A stretch of 50,648 nucleotides of DNA, the filler included, from a bacterium (GTDB lineage: Bacteria; UBA9089; CG2-30-40-21; SBAY01), in NCBI GenBank assembly GCA_040757115.1. It is 3 parts of 3 records of this genome, joined end to end, with 100 filler letters (N's around TTAATTAATTAA, not from the genome) between each part and the next. Parts side by side here need not be neighbours in the genome. Positions count along the whole stretch, not along the records: positions 1 to 16,932 come from JBFLYA010000075.1; 2 more parts are not named here. One strand, given 5' to 3'. This document shows, one piece after another, positions 1 to 9,114 of the stretch. The notes below the pieces were generated by a model. That model was not told the DNA's origin. It saw only the letters and a program-made list of their open reading frames with translations, and did no database searches. The stretch's first letter is position 1. Each line of letters begins with the position of its first letter. The translations under genes were made by a program, and so were the position numbers.

Positions 1-170
1 TTATAGTTTATGGTTTATGGTTTATAGTTTATGGTTTATGGTTTATAGTTTATGGTTTATGGTTTATAGTTTATGGTTTATGGTTTATGGTTTATGGTTT
101 ATAGTTTATGGTTTATAGTCTATAGTCCTTCAACTATAAACTATCAACTATAAACTATCAACTATCTACT
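1..170. repeat. Heptamer tandem array (TTATGGT/TTATAGT) followed by short inverted copies
   Basis: About 17 heptamers from 1 to 120, then complementary AACTATA/AACTATC units to about 170; cut by the window start. Confidence 0.9.
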
Positions 171-275
171 ACATTTCAGCGTTAAAATACTTGAAGCAAA
201 GATATTACCAAATTCCTCCAACTCTTTGAGAAACCCTGCTACTTCCTCTTTGAAATTTGATTTGTAATTTTGCAT
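162..275 (-). pseudogene. Internally deleted four-helix-bundle (23S rRNA IVP-like) gene, 37 codons
   Basis: Manual translation MQNYKSNFKEEVAGFLKELEEFGNIFASSILTLKCSR*. Both ends resemble the termini of four-helix-bundle proteins; flanked by heptamer repeats. Confidence 0.6.
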
Positions 276-396
276 TTTGATATCTAATATTTGATATCTA
301 ATATTTGATATTTATTTATTGTCTCTCCCAAATCCTATTTTGCAGAACCCTATTGGAAAATGGTAAATAAGCAAGCAAGCACCATTACCCCTTTCG

Positions 397-1854
397 TTAT
401 TTTGCAGATATTACCCTGTTTTTCCCTTCTTCTTTAGCCCGATAGAGTGCCTTGTCTATTTTTTCAACAAACTCAAATTTACTACCGACATCTAACTTTG
501 GATATGTTCCAATACCAATACTCATTGTAACTGAGGTGTTAGGTGGAAGTCCGGAGAAGATATATTCTTCGATTGAGCATCTTATCCTTTCTGCGGTCTT
601 AAAGGCGCCCTCACTATCTGTTTCTGGCATAATCACTGCAAACTCTTCACCACCATAGCGTGCCACAACATCCATATCTCGAACACACCTTTTTAATAAA
701 GACCCTATCCCTTTTAAAATCATATCCCCGGTTTGATGTCCATAAGTATCATTTATCTTTTTGAAATTATCTATATCCCCAATCAACAGAGAAAAGGTTA
801 ATTTATATCTTTTTGCTCGTTGGAATTCAGTTTCCAGGACTTCCTGAAAATGACGATGATTATAACATTTAGTTAAACCATCCGTAATGGCTAAGAGTTT
901 AAATTGGTCATAAAACATCGCATTATTAATCACAATTGTGGCTTCATCCGCAATAATATTGAGTATTTCTATTGTTTCTGGATTAAAGGCATTTTCAAAG
1001 GCACTGGCAAAATATAAAATGCCTATCACTGATTTGTGTGCCCGCATGGGAATACTCAAGGAAGACCTCACCTTTATCGGAGCATCCTTTTTCCCTTTTT
1101 GTGCTGTTGATTTAATCGTTGTTACCCGTAGATTATCCTGACGGACAGTAAAGTCAGCCTTTGTCATCCCTTCAGTTTTTATTTTTGCAATGCACTCGGT
1201 TAAAAAGCTTTCAGATATTGATTGATTTATATAGACCATCATATTTATTGTTTCATCCTGTTCTATCATCACTGAGGCTAAATGATAGTTAACAACCCTT
1301 GTGAGCAACCCTAAAATTTCCTTGATGACATCCTCACAATTATCACAGGTTCTCGCAATTCTATTAATTTCATTTAACAGTGTTGTTTGAAAGAGTTTTT
1401 TATCTAATAGCCCATTGAGGCGATACAGGATGTTATCAATTGTTGTCTTGGGGATTTCTACTGGTTTTTTCTTTCTTTGTTCTTCAGTTTTCTCAAGGAC
1501 ACGAACAATCGCATTAAACAACTCATCAGATTCAAAGTCTTTGATAATATATTCATCTGCCCCGGTCTGTAATCCCCAGAATTTGTCTTTGGGTGCATCT
1601 TGAGAAGTAAGCATAATTACCGGGATGTAAGAGATATTTTCATCGCCTTTTAATAATCTGCAGACCTGGTAGCCATTCATTTTTGGCATAAGCACATCCA
1701 ATAACATTAAATCTGGTAATTCGAGATATGCCTGCTCGATGGCTTCGATTCCATCTTTTGCGACAACGGTTTCATATCCTTCCTTCCCAAGGAAGAATCT
1801 TAACATCTCAACAATGGTTGGACTATCATCAGCAATCAAGATTTTATCTGCCAC
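397..1854 (-). CDS. Response regulator diguanylate cyclase (REC-GAF-GGDEF)
   Basis: N-terminal receiver (ILIADD, LLDVLMP), central GAF-like region, RYGGEEF active site with RDMD I-site. Confidence 0.93.
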   Translation of the reverse strand: MADKILIADDSPTIVEMLRFFLGKEGYETVVAKDGIEAIEQAYLELPDLMLLDVLMPKMNGYQVCRLLKGDENISYIPVIMLTSQDAPKDKFWGLQTGADEYIIKDFESDELFNAIVRVLEKTEEQRKKKPVEIPKTTIDNILYRLNGLLDKKLFQTTLLNEINRIARTCDNCEDVIKEILGLLTRVVNYHLASVMIEQDETINMMVYINQSISESFLTECIAKIKTEGMTKADFTVRQDNLRVTTIKSTAQKGKKDAPIKVRSSLSIPMRAHKSVIGILYFASAFENAFNPETIEILNIIADEATIVINNAMFYDQFKLLAITDGLTKCYNHRHFQEVLETEFQRAKRYKLTFSLLIGDIDNFKKINDTYGHQTGDMILKGIGSLLKRCVRDMDVVARYGGEEFAVIMPETDSEGAFKTAERIRCSIEEYIFSGLPPNTSVTMSIGIGTYPKLDVGSKFEFVEKIDKALYRAKEEGKNRVISAK

Positions 1855-2908
1855 TTCGTGATTTTATCCTCCTCATTATTTCATCTGGTATTTCATCCAG
1901 GGGTAGAATTTTGTCCACACCACCCATTTCAATAGATACTTTTGGCATACCAAATATGGCGCAGGTTTTTTCATCCTGGGCGATAGTGAATCCGCCGGCG
2001 TCTTTAATTGCTTTTATACCAATTGCTCCATCATCACCCATACCTGTAAGAATTATACCCATCGCGGAATCCTGATATGCCTGGGCTACGGATGTAAGTA
2101 AGACATTCCCGGCGGGTTTATGACCACCAACAGGCGGCGTATCTTCTAATTTTATCCGCTCGTTTTTAGTTACAGTCATATGGACAAAAGACGGAGCAAC
2201 ATATACTGTTCCTTTATTAAGTCTCTCCCCATCTTTTCCTTCTCGAATTTCTATGGCACATTCATTATTCCACCAATCAACTAATCCTTTCGTAAATCCA
2301 TCAGAGATATGTTGAACAATGACGATTGGTATCGGGAAATCAACAGGTAATTTAGATAATATTTTCCGAACAGTTTTAGGTCCACCAGTAGAAGAAGCGA
2401 TGCCAATTATCTTGAATTTTGCCTCAGATGGGGTAGGTGTAGATTCTAAAAACTCTTTTTCCTTTTTGAGGAGTCTACCGCCAAGATGAGTAATTACCTT
2501 TACATTTACCAGGATTTTTACTTTATCTATAAGTTGTTTTCTTTTTTTTGAGGCAGGATTTAACAATTCTGAGATATTTGGTCTTTCGATAACATCTAAT
2601 GCCCCAGAATTTAATGCTTTAAATGCAATCTCCATATCTTTTGGAAGTAAGGAGGTAATGACGATAATCGGGGTAGGATGGTAAGCCATAATATGTTCGG
2701 TTGCCTGGAGTCCATCCATAATCGGCATAACTATATCCATCGTGACTATATCTGGTTTTAATTCGGGTATGAGGTCAATTGCCTCTTTACCGTTAGTCGC
2801 CGTGGCAATGACTTTAATCTCTTCTTCACTTTCTAAGGCACTGATAATTGCATCACGGATAATCGCTGAATCATCTACAACTAAAACTTTTATTGGGTTT
2901 TTCATCAT
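1844..2908 (-). CDS. cheB: Chemotaxis protein-glutamate methylesterase
   Basis: REC domain plus methylesterase motifs ASSTGGP, VQHI, LTGMGDDGA, IFGMP. Confidence 0.95.
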   Translation of the reverse strand: MMKNPIKVLVVDDSAIIRDAIISALESEEEIKVIATATNGKEAIDLIPELKPDIVTMDIVMPIMDGLQATEHIMAYHPTPIIVITSLLPKDMEIAFKALNSGALDVIERPNISELLNPASKKRKQLIDKVKILVNVKVITHLGGRLLKKEKEFLESTPTPSEAKFKIIGIASSTGGPKTVRKILSKLPVDFPIPIVIVQHISDGFTKGLVDWWNNECAIEIREGKDGERLNKGTVYVAPSFVHMTVTKNERIKLEDTPPVGGHKPAGNVLLTSVAQAYQDSAMGIILTGMGDDGAIGIKAIKDAGGFTIAQDEKTCAIFGMPKVSIEMGGVDKILPLDEIPDEIMRRIKSRSGR

Positions 2909-2918
2909 AATGTGTCTC

Positions 2919-3233
2919 CTAATATTTTATACGGAGTAAGACGCGGTCAAAACTTACACCTTTAACGAATGGATGAATATCTGTTTCCACAGCATACTGA
3001 CGAATCAATAATTTTTTTTGTAGCAAATCTTCTATTTTAATATCAGTAACATCGTATCCAAACTCTTTTAATGCCTGCCATACCCGTTCGGCATTAATTC
3101 TATCAGGTCTCATAAAAATATCAATATCTAATGTTGCCCGCGCATAACCATGCACAGGAAAAGCAGTTGCCCCGATTATTACAAAATCCACTTTATGTTC
3201 TTTTAATGATTTCAAAAGGCTTTCTGTATCCAC
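2919..3233 (-). pseudogene. Minimal nucleotidyltransferase, probably C-terminally truncated
   Basis: IIGATA..VHGY.RAT.DIDI motif; only 104 aa and ends abruptly just before cheB. Confidence 0.6.
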
Positions 3234-3378
3234 TTTTCTCCAATAATTCTCTCATCTCTTTTGATTTTTTAAACATCATCTCAAATCGCTGACGAGTGGT
3301 AAGAGATAAGAGATACTTTAATTCAAACTCCATTTCTTTTTTTTCATTATCTTTATCTAATTTTAATATTGGACTCAT
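3193..3378 (-). CDS. Small protein paired with the nucleotidyltransferase (toxin-antitoxin-like pair)
   Basis: 61 aa, AAGGAG RBS, overlaps the NTase start. Confidence 0.65.
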   Translation of the reverse strand: MSPILKLDKDNEKKEMEFELKYLLSLTTRQRFEMMFKKSKEMRELLEKSGYRKPFEIIKRT

Positions 3379-3396
3379 AACGCTCCTTCAGACCAA

Positions 3397-3645
3397 GTAA
3401 CTGTTCACCGCAAGATGCCACAGAGACGCAGAGAAAAAATTAAAATCTATTCACCAGAGACAGAAATTTTCTTTTTTTTGTGCATTTCGGGTCTTTCGTT
3501 GTTTATTAATCTTTTAATACGGACTTTGGACTAACTGTTTTTAAGCCTTTTTAAACACCGAAAAACGCGAAAAACACAAAAAAAAGATATTTTCCTCTCT
3601 GCGAACTCTTGCGTCTCTGCGGTAAATTACCACCTGAACGGTTAC
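3397..3645. mobile_element. Miniature inverted-repeat element, GTAAC..GTTAC family
   Basis: Ends GTAACTGTTCA / TGAACGGTTAC; exact 8-bp direct repeat CAGACCAA at 3389-3396 and 3646-3653. Confidence 0.85.
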
Positions 3646-3708
3646 CAGACCAAAGATTCTCATAGATAATTTTTAAAAGTCTGTCGTATGTTCCCTCTCT
3701 TCTCTTGT

Positions 3709-4686
3709 TTATTTCACCACTGCTGGCATAAATTCTGTAGAGCCATAGATACCGTAGATGCCGTGTTCATTGAGCCATTTTGCCCGTTTAAGATAACCCA
3801 GTGCCGGCCCAATGACATTTGCCGCCATTGTTGTTTCATCACCGAGTATAAATTTATGGCTTGAGATTTTCCCATCAAAGGTCTTACCGGTTAATGTCAT
3901 TGTTGTCGTTACTGGTTTTTTAGCATGTCGGGTATCCAGGACTCCACCTACTTCAACCTTATCTCTTAAATCGACTACACCTGCTTTTTGGAGAAGTAAA
4001 TCATCGGCATGTTCCATCTCATGCAATTCTAATATCCCATTTCGTTCGTCTAACAACTTTGTTACATCTTCATCCGAGAGTGCCTTTGCTTTTTCAACAG
4101 TAAATCCGGGTAAATGGGCAATATCTTCACGAATAGTGGCTTTATATGCCTCCCAATTGGCTATTCCGACACCCCACCAGATGATCACTTTTGAAACTTC
4201 AATAAATGATTGAGCGGCTATGACCGCCGCCGCAGTTAATAAGCCTGGTGTTGCCCCGGCGCCAGTAATGTAAGTGTTCTTCGTTGATTTTAGCCCTTCG
4301 TTTAGTTCAAACATCAATTCCATCGCCTGGGTCCTTTTCAGGGCATCAGTCCATACCCCCTGGTATCCAGCATCAATAAACCGTTGAGTAACTCCTGGAA
4401 TGAATTCATTTGGCAAATTAGGCAAGGCGACAAATATGCCATCAATGTCATTACTTAGTTTTATAATCTCGCCAATTGAGTCATCAGACATTTTCCCATC
4501 AGGCATTTTACCCACGGTTGAACCTATTTTAATCTCTTCAATTTCCGCACAATTAAGTCCATCTGGATTAAAGGCAAATCCCTGATGGTCGCAAATAGCG
4601 ATTAATCTCATCTCTTTTTTCAAACTAATAATTTTCCCCGCGGCTTTACCTAAACCACCTGCACCTAACACGGCTATTCGCATCAT
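3709..4686 (-). CDS. bioU: BioU-type saccharopine-dehydrogenase-like biotin synthesis enzyme
   Basis: GAGGLG Rossmann motif, ALPNLPN, DALKRT, GAGATPGLLTAAA, MEHADD, TTMAANV.GPA.GYLK match BioU. Start moved to MMRIAV, downstream of AGGAGG. Confidence 0.8.
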   Translation of the reverse strand: MMRIAVLGAGGLGKAAGKIISLKKEMRLIAICDHQGFAFNPDGLNCAEIEEIKIGSTVGKMPDGKMSDDSIGEIIKLSNDIDGIFVALPNLPNEFIPGVTQRFIDAGYQGVWTDALKRTQAMELMFELNEGLKSTKNTYITGAGATPGLLTAAAVIAAQSFIEVSKVIIWWGVGIANWEAYKATIREDIAHLPGFTVEKAKALSDEDVTKLLDERNGILELHEMEHADDLLLQKAGVVDLRDKVEVGGVLDTRHAKKPVTTTMTLTGKTFDGKISSHKFILGDETTMAANVIGPALGYLKRAKWLNEHGIYGIYGSTEFMPAVVK

Positions 4687-4709
4687 TTTCTTTTTTAGCC
4701 TCCTGCTCA

Positions 4710-4866
4710 TAGTGTCGTGTTGAACAAATAACGCACTGAATTTGATTCTGGTAACTGGTGATTGGTAACTGGTAATTAAATACCGTTTGGCTAAGCTCAG
4801 GACGAAACTATTTAACCAATTACCAGTTACCAATTATCCGTTTGTAGGTTACTCAACACTACACTA
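4710..4866. repeat. Inverted-repeat element with internal GGTAACT heptamers
   Basis: TAGTGTCGTGTTGA ... TCAACACTACACTA ends. Confidence 0.55.
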
Positions 4867-4934
4867 CACTATTATAATATAAAAAATACTTCTCTTGCAA
4901 CTATTTTTGGAAAATCACAAGCAAAATGCTTGTG

Positions 4935-5831
4935 TTACCTGATTTCAACTGGAAACATCACCTTTAATTTTTTATGTAATAATTTAATCTGATATGTAGT
5001 TTCTTTTAAAATCTCTCCATCGACATGGGCTATTAATGACATTGGGAAACTGACAATAATTTCTTTCGCTCGATACATTTTTACCTCTGGGAGCAAAATA
5101 TGGGTTCCTTTTAATACCTTTGGTAGATTACATAGTGCCTTTAATTTACCTATTCCCTGGACAATACATACATCAAATAATCCATCGTCAAGAATAGCGT
5201 TGGGAGTAAGTAAAAATCCTCCACCACACCTTTTTCCACATCCTATGGTTATAAGCAAAGGAATCAGGTTAATAGTCTCATCATCTAAATTAACATTTGC
5301 CTGAATAGGTTTATATTGAAATAATGTTTTTATGACGGCATATAGATACACGGCAACGCCCGTTAAAATTCCTTTATATTTTAAGCGGTGATATGCTACC
5401 TGGGCATCAAATCCTATTCCCAGACCATTAATAAAATATCTGTTATTTACCACGCCGACATCAATCTTTTTAACTATTCCATTAACTAATGTTTTACATG
5501 CCGTTTCAATATCTTTTGGAGAAAGTCCCATCATCCAGGCAAAATCATTACCTAAACCAATGGGGATGATACCTAAAATAGCCTCCTGCTCAAAATCAAT
5601 TATTCCATTTACTACTTCATTTATCGTTCCATCTCCACCAACAGCAACTATTAGATTAAAACCTTCTTCTACAGCCCTTTTGGCTAAAGAGATACCCTCA
5701 CCAGGTTTTTGAGTAAAGGCTGAATCAAACTCTAATCCTTGTGCCGTCAAGTTTTGTTTTATTTTGTCGATTTCTTTATCAAGTCTTCTTTTACCCGCAT
5801 AAGGATTCAGGATTAACTTTAATTTACCCAT
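4935..5831 (-). CDS. Diacylglycerol/lipid kinase family protein (YegS/DagK)
   Basis: ILNPYAG, GGDGTINEV, G.GNDFA, G.GFDA, DDGLFD, HVDGE. Confidence 0.92.
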   Translation of the reverse strand: MGKLKLILNPYAGKRRLDKEIDKIKQNLTAQGLEFDSAFTQKPGEGISLAKRAVEEGFNLIVAVGGDGTINEVVNGIIDFEQEAILGIIPIGLGNDFAWMMGLSPKDIETACKTLVNGIVKKIDVGVVNNRYFINGLGIGFDAQVAYHRLKYKGILTGVAVYLYAVIKTLFQYKPIQANVNLDDETINLIPLLITIGCGKRCGGGFLLTPNAILDDGLFDVCIVQGIGKLKALCNLPKVLKGTHILLPEVKMYRAKEIIVSFPMSLIAHVDGEILKETTYQIKLLHKKLKVMFPVEIR

Positions 5832-5832
5832 A

Positions 5833-6171
5833 TCACTTCCGTTTAGCGTTGATGATAAAACCTAAGACAATTCCCAGTATAGCCAATAAGAGTAGCCCAC
5901 TAACTAACAAGCCTTTTAATTTAATAAAAGATGGGGATTGTTGTGGGGATGGAAATTTTTCTTTTGCCTGAACCTTTGTTTCTTGTAATTCTTCTGGTTT
6001 TTTATACTTTTCCTGGATAATTTTTTGTTTTTCCTGCTTTTGTTTTAAGATTAATTCCCGTATCTGGCTGGGTGGGCCCTGTTCAAATTGCACCGCAGAG
6101 AAAACATACCCGGGAACCAATAATAAAACAAAAATAAAACACCAGGTTAAAACACACATTTTTACATTCAT
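5833..6171 (-). CDS. Small exported/membrane hypothetical protein
   Basis: Signal-peptide-like N-terminus and C-terminal transmembrane helix; abuts the lipid kinase gene. Confidence 0.7.
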   Translation of the reverse strand: MNVKMCVLTWCFIFVLLLVPGYVFSAVQFEQGPPSQIRELILKQKQEKQKIIQEKYKKPEELQETKVQAKEKFPSPQQSPSFIKLKGLLVSGLLLLAILGIVLGFIINAKRK

Positions 6172-6180
6172 ATTGATTAT

Positions 6181-6209
6181 ATTTTAACACAAGATTATGA
6201 GAATGTCAA
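6181..6209 (-). promoter_or_regulatory. Sigma70 promoter
   Basis: TTGACA-17-TAAAAT, about 10 nt from the ATG at 6171. Confidence 0.65.
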
Positions 6210-6229
6210 CTTTTTTATGTTAGCAATTG

Positions 6230-6525
6230 GTAACTATTCACCACGAAGGGCACGGAGAGCACGAAGTGAAATTTGATGAATTATCGAATAGAGTCATTGG
6301 ATGCGCGTAACTATTCAGCCACAGATGGACACGGATGAGACACGGAAAATCCGTGAACCGTGTCCGGGAGCCGTGTCCGTAATTAGGCTGATGGTTTTTC
6401 CTCCTGTTGTCCTTTGCCCTCTGCCTTCTGCCCTCTGCCCTCTGCCCCCTGCCCTCTGCCCTCTGCCCCCTGCCCTCTGCTATTTATCTGTGCCAATCCG
6501 TGTCAATCAGTGGTTGAATAGTTAC
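6230..6525. mobile_element. Nested GTAACTATTCA elements containing a GxxExxY 5' remnant
   Basis: Outer end at 6230; second element 6307-6525 (GTAACTATTCAGCCAC..TGAATAGTTAC) with CCCTCTG heptamers. Confidence 0.75.
6266..6310 (+). pseudogene. GxxExxY protein N-terminal remnant
   Basis: Reads (M)KFDELSNRVIGCA*, a typical GxxExxY start, cut by the element beginning at 6307. Confidence 0.65.
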
Positions 6526-6533
6526 CTTTAAAT

Positions 6534-7649
6534 TTAGAATTGCTGGATTGTAAAGGTATAAACATTATTTTTTCTACTTTCCTCAATATTAGATTTTCGG
6601 TGAGTAGCATTGTAGTTTAAGTCAAAGGAGATTTTTTTAGTGAGTTGATAAGATAACCCCGAAGATATGGCTTGAAGTTTATCCTCACGAGTGCTATCTT
6701 CCCAATTGCCCTTCATAGAAGTAAAATTTAAATTAAAATTAGTTTTTCTATTCAATCGGCGGTAAAGTCCTATTTTTGCCATTTTTACCTCCACGGGCTC
6801 AATTACCGAACGGGTGAAATTCGTATCCTTCCCGAATGTAAGATTAAGTGATGTCTTTTGATTAATCTGGCGATTAAAGTTTGTCGTAAATGCAAAGGAA
6901 TGAGAATCTCCACCTGCCACTTTTCTGTTTTCCAGTTTAACGATTAATTCACTGTTAATCTCTGGACTCAGTTCGTATTTTATCCCCACCCCCAGAGAGT
7001 CAATGTTCTGGTTAGAAGAGTTTTTATATGCCCTCTTTTTATCTTGATATACCAATCCTGTCTTTAATCGTTTCGTTAAGGTATAATAAATATCAAAAAG
7101 TATTCGATTCTCTTTACTATCGTTTTCATCTTTCTTTCTAAAATTAAAGTCTTCGTATTGATACTTAATGTTAGTTTCAAGTGGAGGTTTTGGGGAGATA
7201 AATTTTATTGTTGTGTCAAAGGTTTGTTTTAAATATTCCCGCCTGGTTACTGAAAAATCCTCTTCGAGTGTTTCTTCTTTATCTTCGATGAAATTTCCTT
7301 GTATCGAAAGAATAAGTTTATTGGAAAATCTATGCCAACCTGTAAGATTAAGGTTATGTTGAACACTTTTTTGCTTAATATCCTTATAATCTAAAAATTT
7401 CACTCTATAGTCTATCTCAGATAGCCATTTTTGAGCAATTATTTTAGTATTTATTCCTGGAATAATTGTAGTTATAAATTCGGCTTTCGGCTCAGTCTCA
7501 AAAAATATATTGTCGTTATATTCAGTTTTTAGAGTAATAAAAATATCAGGTTTAGCTTTATCTAAGGCATAAACTCCTGACGGGGATATAAAGATTACTA
7601 ATATTAGAAGCAGATTACTGATTAATTTTTTTCCTATTTTCATCAACAT
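6534..7649 (-). CDS. Outer-membrane beta-barrel protein
   Basis: Signal peptide, YNDNIF motif, amphipathic strands, C-terminal Phe. Confidence 0.8.
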   Translation of the reverse strand: MLMKIGKKLISNLLLILVIFISPSGVYALDKAKPDIFITLKTEYNDNIFFETEPKAEFITTIIPGINTKIIAQKWLSEIDYRVKFLDYKDIKQKSVQHNLNLTGWHRFSNKLILSIQGNFIEDKEETLEEDFSVTRREYLKQTFDTTIKFISPKPPLETNIKYQYEDFNFRKKDENDSKENRILFDIYYTLTKRLKTGLVYQDKKRAYKNSSNQNIDSLGVGIKYELSPEINSELIVKLENRKVAGGDSHSFAFTTNFNRQINQKTSLNLTFGKDTNFTRSVIEPVEVKMAKIGLYRRLNRKTNFNLNFTSMKGNWEDSTREDKLQAISSGLSYQLTKKISFDLNYNATHRKSNIEESRKNNVYTFTIQQF

Positions 7650-7667
7650 CCTTAATTATAATTTATC

Positions 7668-7696
7668 AGTATATCCTAAATTTGGAGTTATGTCAA
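7668..7696 (-). promoter_or_regulatory. Sigma70 promoter for the beta-barrel gene
   Basis: TTGACA-17-TATACT. Confidence 0.6.
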
Positions 7697-7726
7697 GAGG
7701 CTGACCGAGAATTTTTTAAAAATATC

Positions 7727-8180
7727 GTAACCGTTCAGGTAATCCTTTACCGCACAGACGCAGAGGAACAGAGAAGACATAGAAATAAAGTAACTATTCA
7801 GCCACTGATTAACACGGATTAGCACGGATAAATACAGAGGGCAGAAGATAGAAGGCAGAGGACAGATGAGAAAGGGGGAAACGGAGAAAAGGAGAAACAA
7901 ATGGAGAAGAAGAGGAGACACGAGGCACTATACCTGAATTTTCAGCCATCAGCCTTCAGCCTAATTACGGACACGGAAAACGGACACGGATTATGAATTT
8001 TCACTGTTTCATCCGTGTCCATCTGTGGCTGAATAGTTACTTTTAATGTTGTTGTACTCAAGAGATTGCCCTGATGAAAATCAGGGATGTTAAGCGTCTC
8101 GTCCATAGATTTTCCCCTCTTGAGAGGGATTAGGGATGTGTTTTTCTCTGCGTCTTTGTATCTCTGCGGTGAACGGTTAC
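7727..8180. mobile_element. Nested miniature inverted-repeat elements
   Basis: Outer GTAACCGTTCA..TGAACGGTTAC; inner 7790-8040 GTAACTATTCAGCCAC..GTGGCTGAATAGTTAC. Confidence 0.8.
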
Positions 8181-8216
8181 AAAAACGACTTTTTCAACAC
8201 CCTCGAAAAAAAATAC

Positions 8217-8245
8217 TTGACAAACTAAAAAGATTATGTTAAAAT
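8217..8245 (+). promoter_or_regulatory. Sigma70 promoter upstream of the HTH/KaiC-like cluster
   Basis: TTGACA-17-TAAAAT with extended -10 TG. Confidence 0.7.
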
Positions 8246-8288
8246 ATGAATAATTAGGTATAAATGGAATAAGTCAGTAAAAATATTG

Positions 8289-8401
8289 GTAACACCCAAA
8301 TGAAGTATTATGGAAATCAACTGAGCAGTTATCGGTAATCAGGCAATCAGTAATTCAGATAAATCGTTAAAACCGATTACTTCAGATGGCTAAATGGTTA
8401 C
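8289..8401. mobile_element. Short GTAAC..GTTAC element
   Basis: Exact 8-bp direct repeat AAATATTG at 8281-8288 and 8402-8409. Confidence 0.75.
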
Positions 8402-8443
8402 AAATATTGATATACTGACTACGGCAAAATGGGGTGATTTAAA

Positions 8444-8734
8444 ATGTTAGAGGATTTATTGACCACCAGGCAGTTAGCTGATTATTTAAAGGTACATGAA
8501 ATGACCATTTATAAGCTCCTTCAATCTCAAGAAATCCCTGCTATCAAGGTGGGTAGAAAGTGGAGATTTAGAAAAACTACTATTAAATTATGGATTGAAG
8601 AGCGAGAGGCTGAGAGCGTCAAAAGATGGACTCCTCAAACTACTAAACCAAAAAGATGGAATGCACAGATAGAAATGATAGAAGTAGAAGAAAGAGAGAA
8701 GGAGTTGTATGATATTTTTAAGGTGGAGATTTGA
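8444..8734 (+). CDS. Excisionase-like helix-turn-helix DNA-binding protein
   Basis: LLTTRQLADYLKVHEMTIYK...IPAIKVGRKWRF pattern. Confidence 0.88.
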   Translation: MLEDLLTTRQLADYLKVHEMTIYKLLQSQEIPAIKVGRKWRFRKTTIKLWIEEREAESVKRWTPQTTKPKRWNAQIEMIEVEEREKELYDIFKVEI

Positions 8735-8782
8735 TAAAAGATACCACGAAGGCACACGAATGGACTCTAATAATGTCCCACT

Positions 8783-9014
8783 GTAACCGTTCAGGTATAG
8801 ATAAAAAGACAGTAATTATTCAGCCACTGATTAACACCTATGGGGTCAAATGACACTATCACGGATTGGCACAGATAAATAGCAGAGGATAGAGGGCAGA
8901 AGGCAGAGGATAGAAGGTAGAGGACAACAGGAGGAAAAACCTTCAGCCTAATTACGGACACGGTTCACGGATTCTCCGTGTTTCATCCGTGTCCATCTGT
9001 GGCTGAATAGTTAT
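8783..9014. mobile_element. Composite GTAAC element
   Basis: GTAACCGTTCAG..CTGAATAGTTAT; exact direct repeat GTCCCACT at 8775-8782 and 9015-9022. Confidence 0.8.
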
Positions 9015-9114
9015 GTCCCACTGGTGATTAATCAGTTACCATTTAACCAATTACCAATCACCATTGTATAAATTCGTGTTTATTCGTAGCTAATAATTTA
9101 AGAGGAAGAATATC

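Noticed and set aside
4935-5831. Lipid kinase as part of the sphingolipid gene set
   Set aside because: It is on a different contig and the family is widespread; no linkage evidence.
6301-7921. ORFs 6301-6531 and 7688-7921 (also 18099-18457)
   Set aside because: They lie within repeat elements and translate heptamer runs.
8444-8734. Prophage excisionase
   Set aside because: No integrase or phage genes nearby; more likely a stand-alone regulator.
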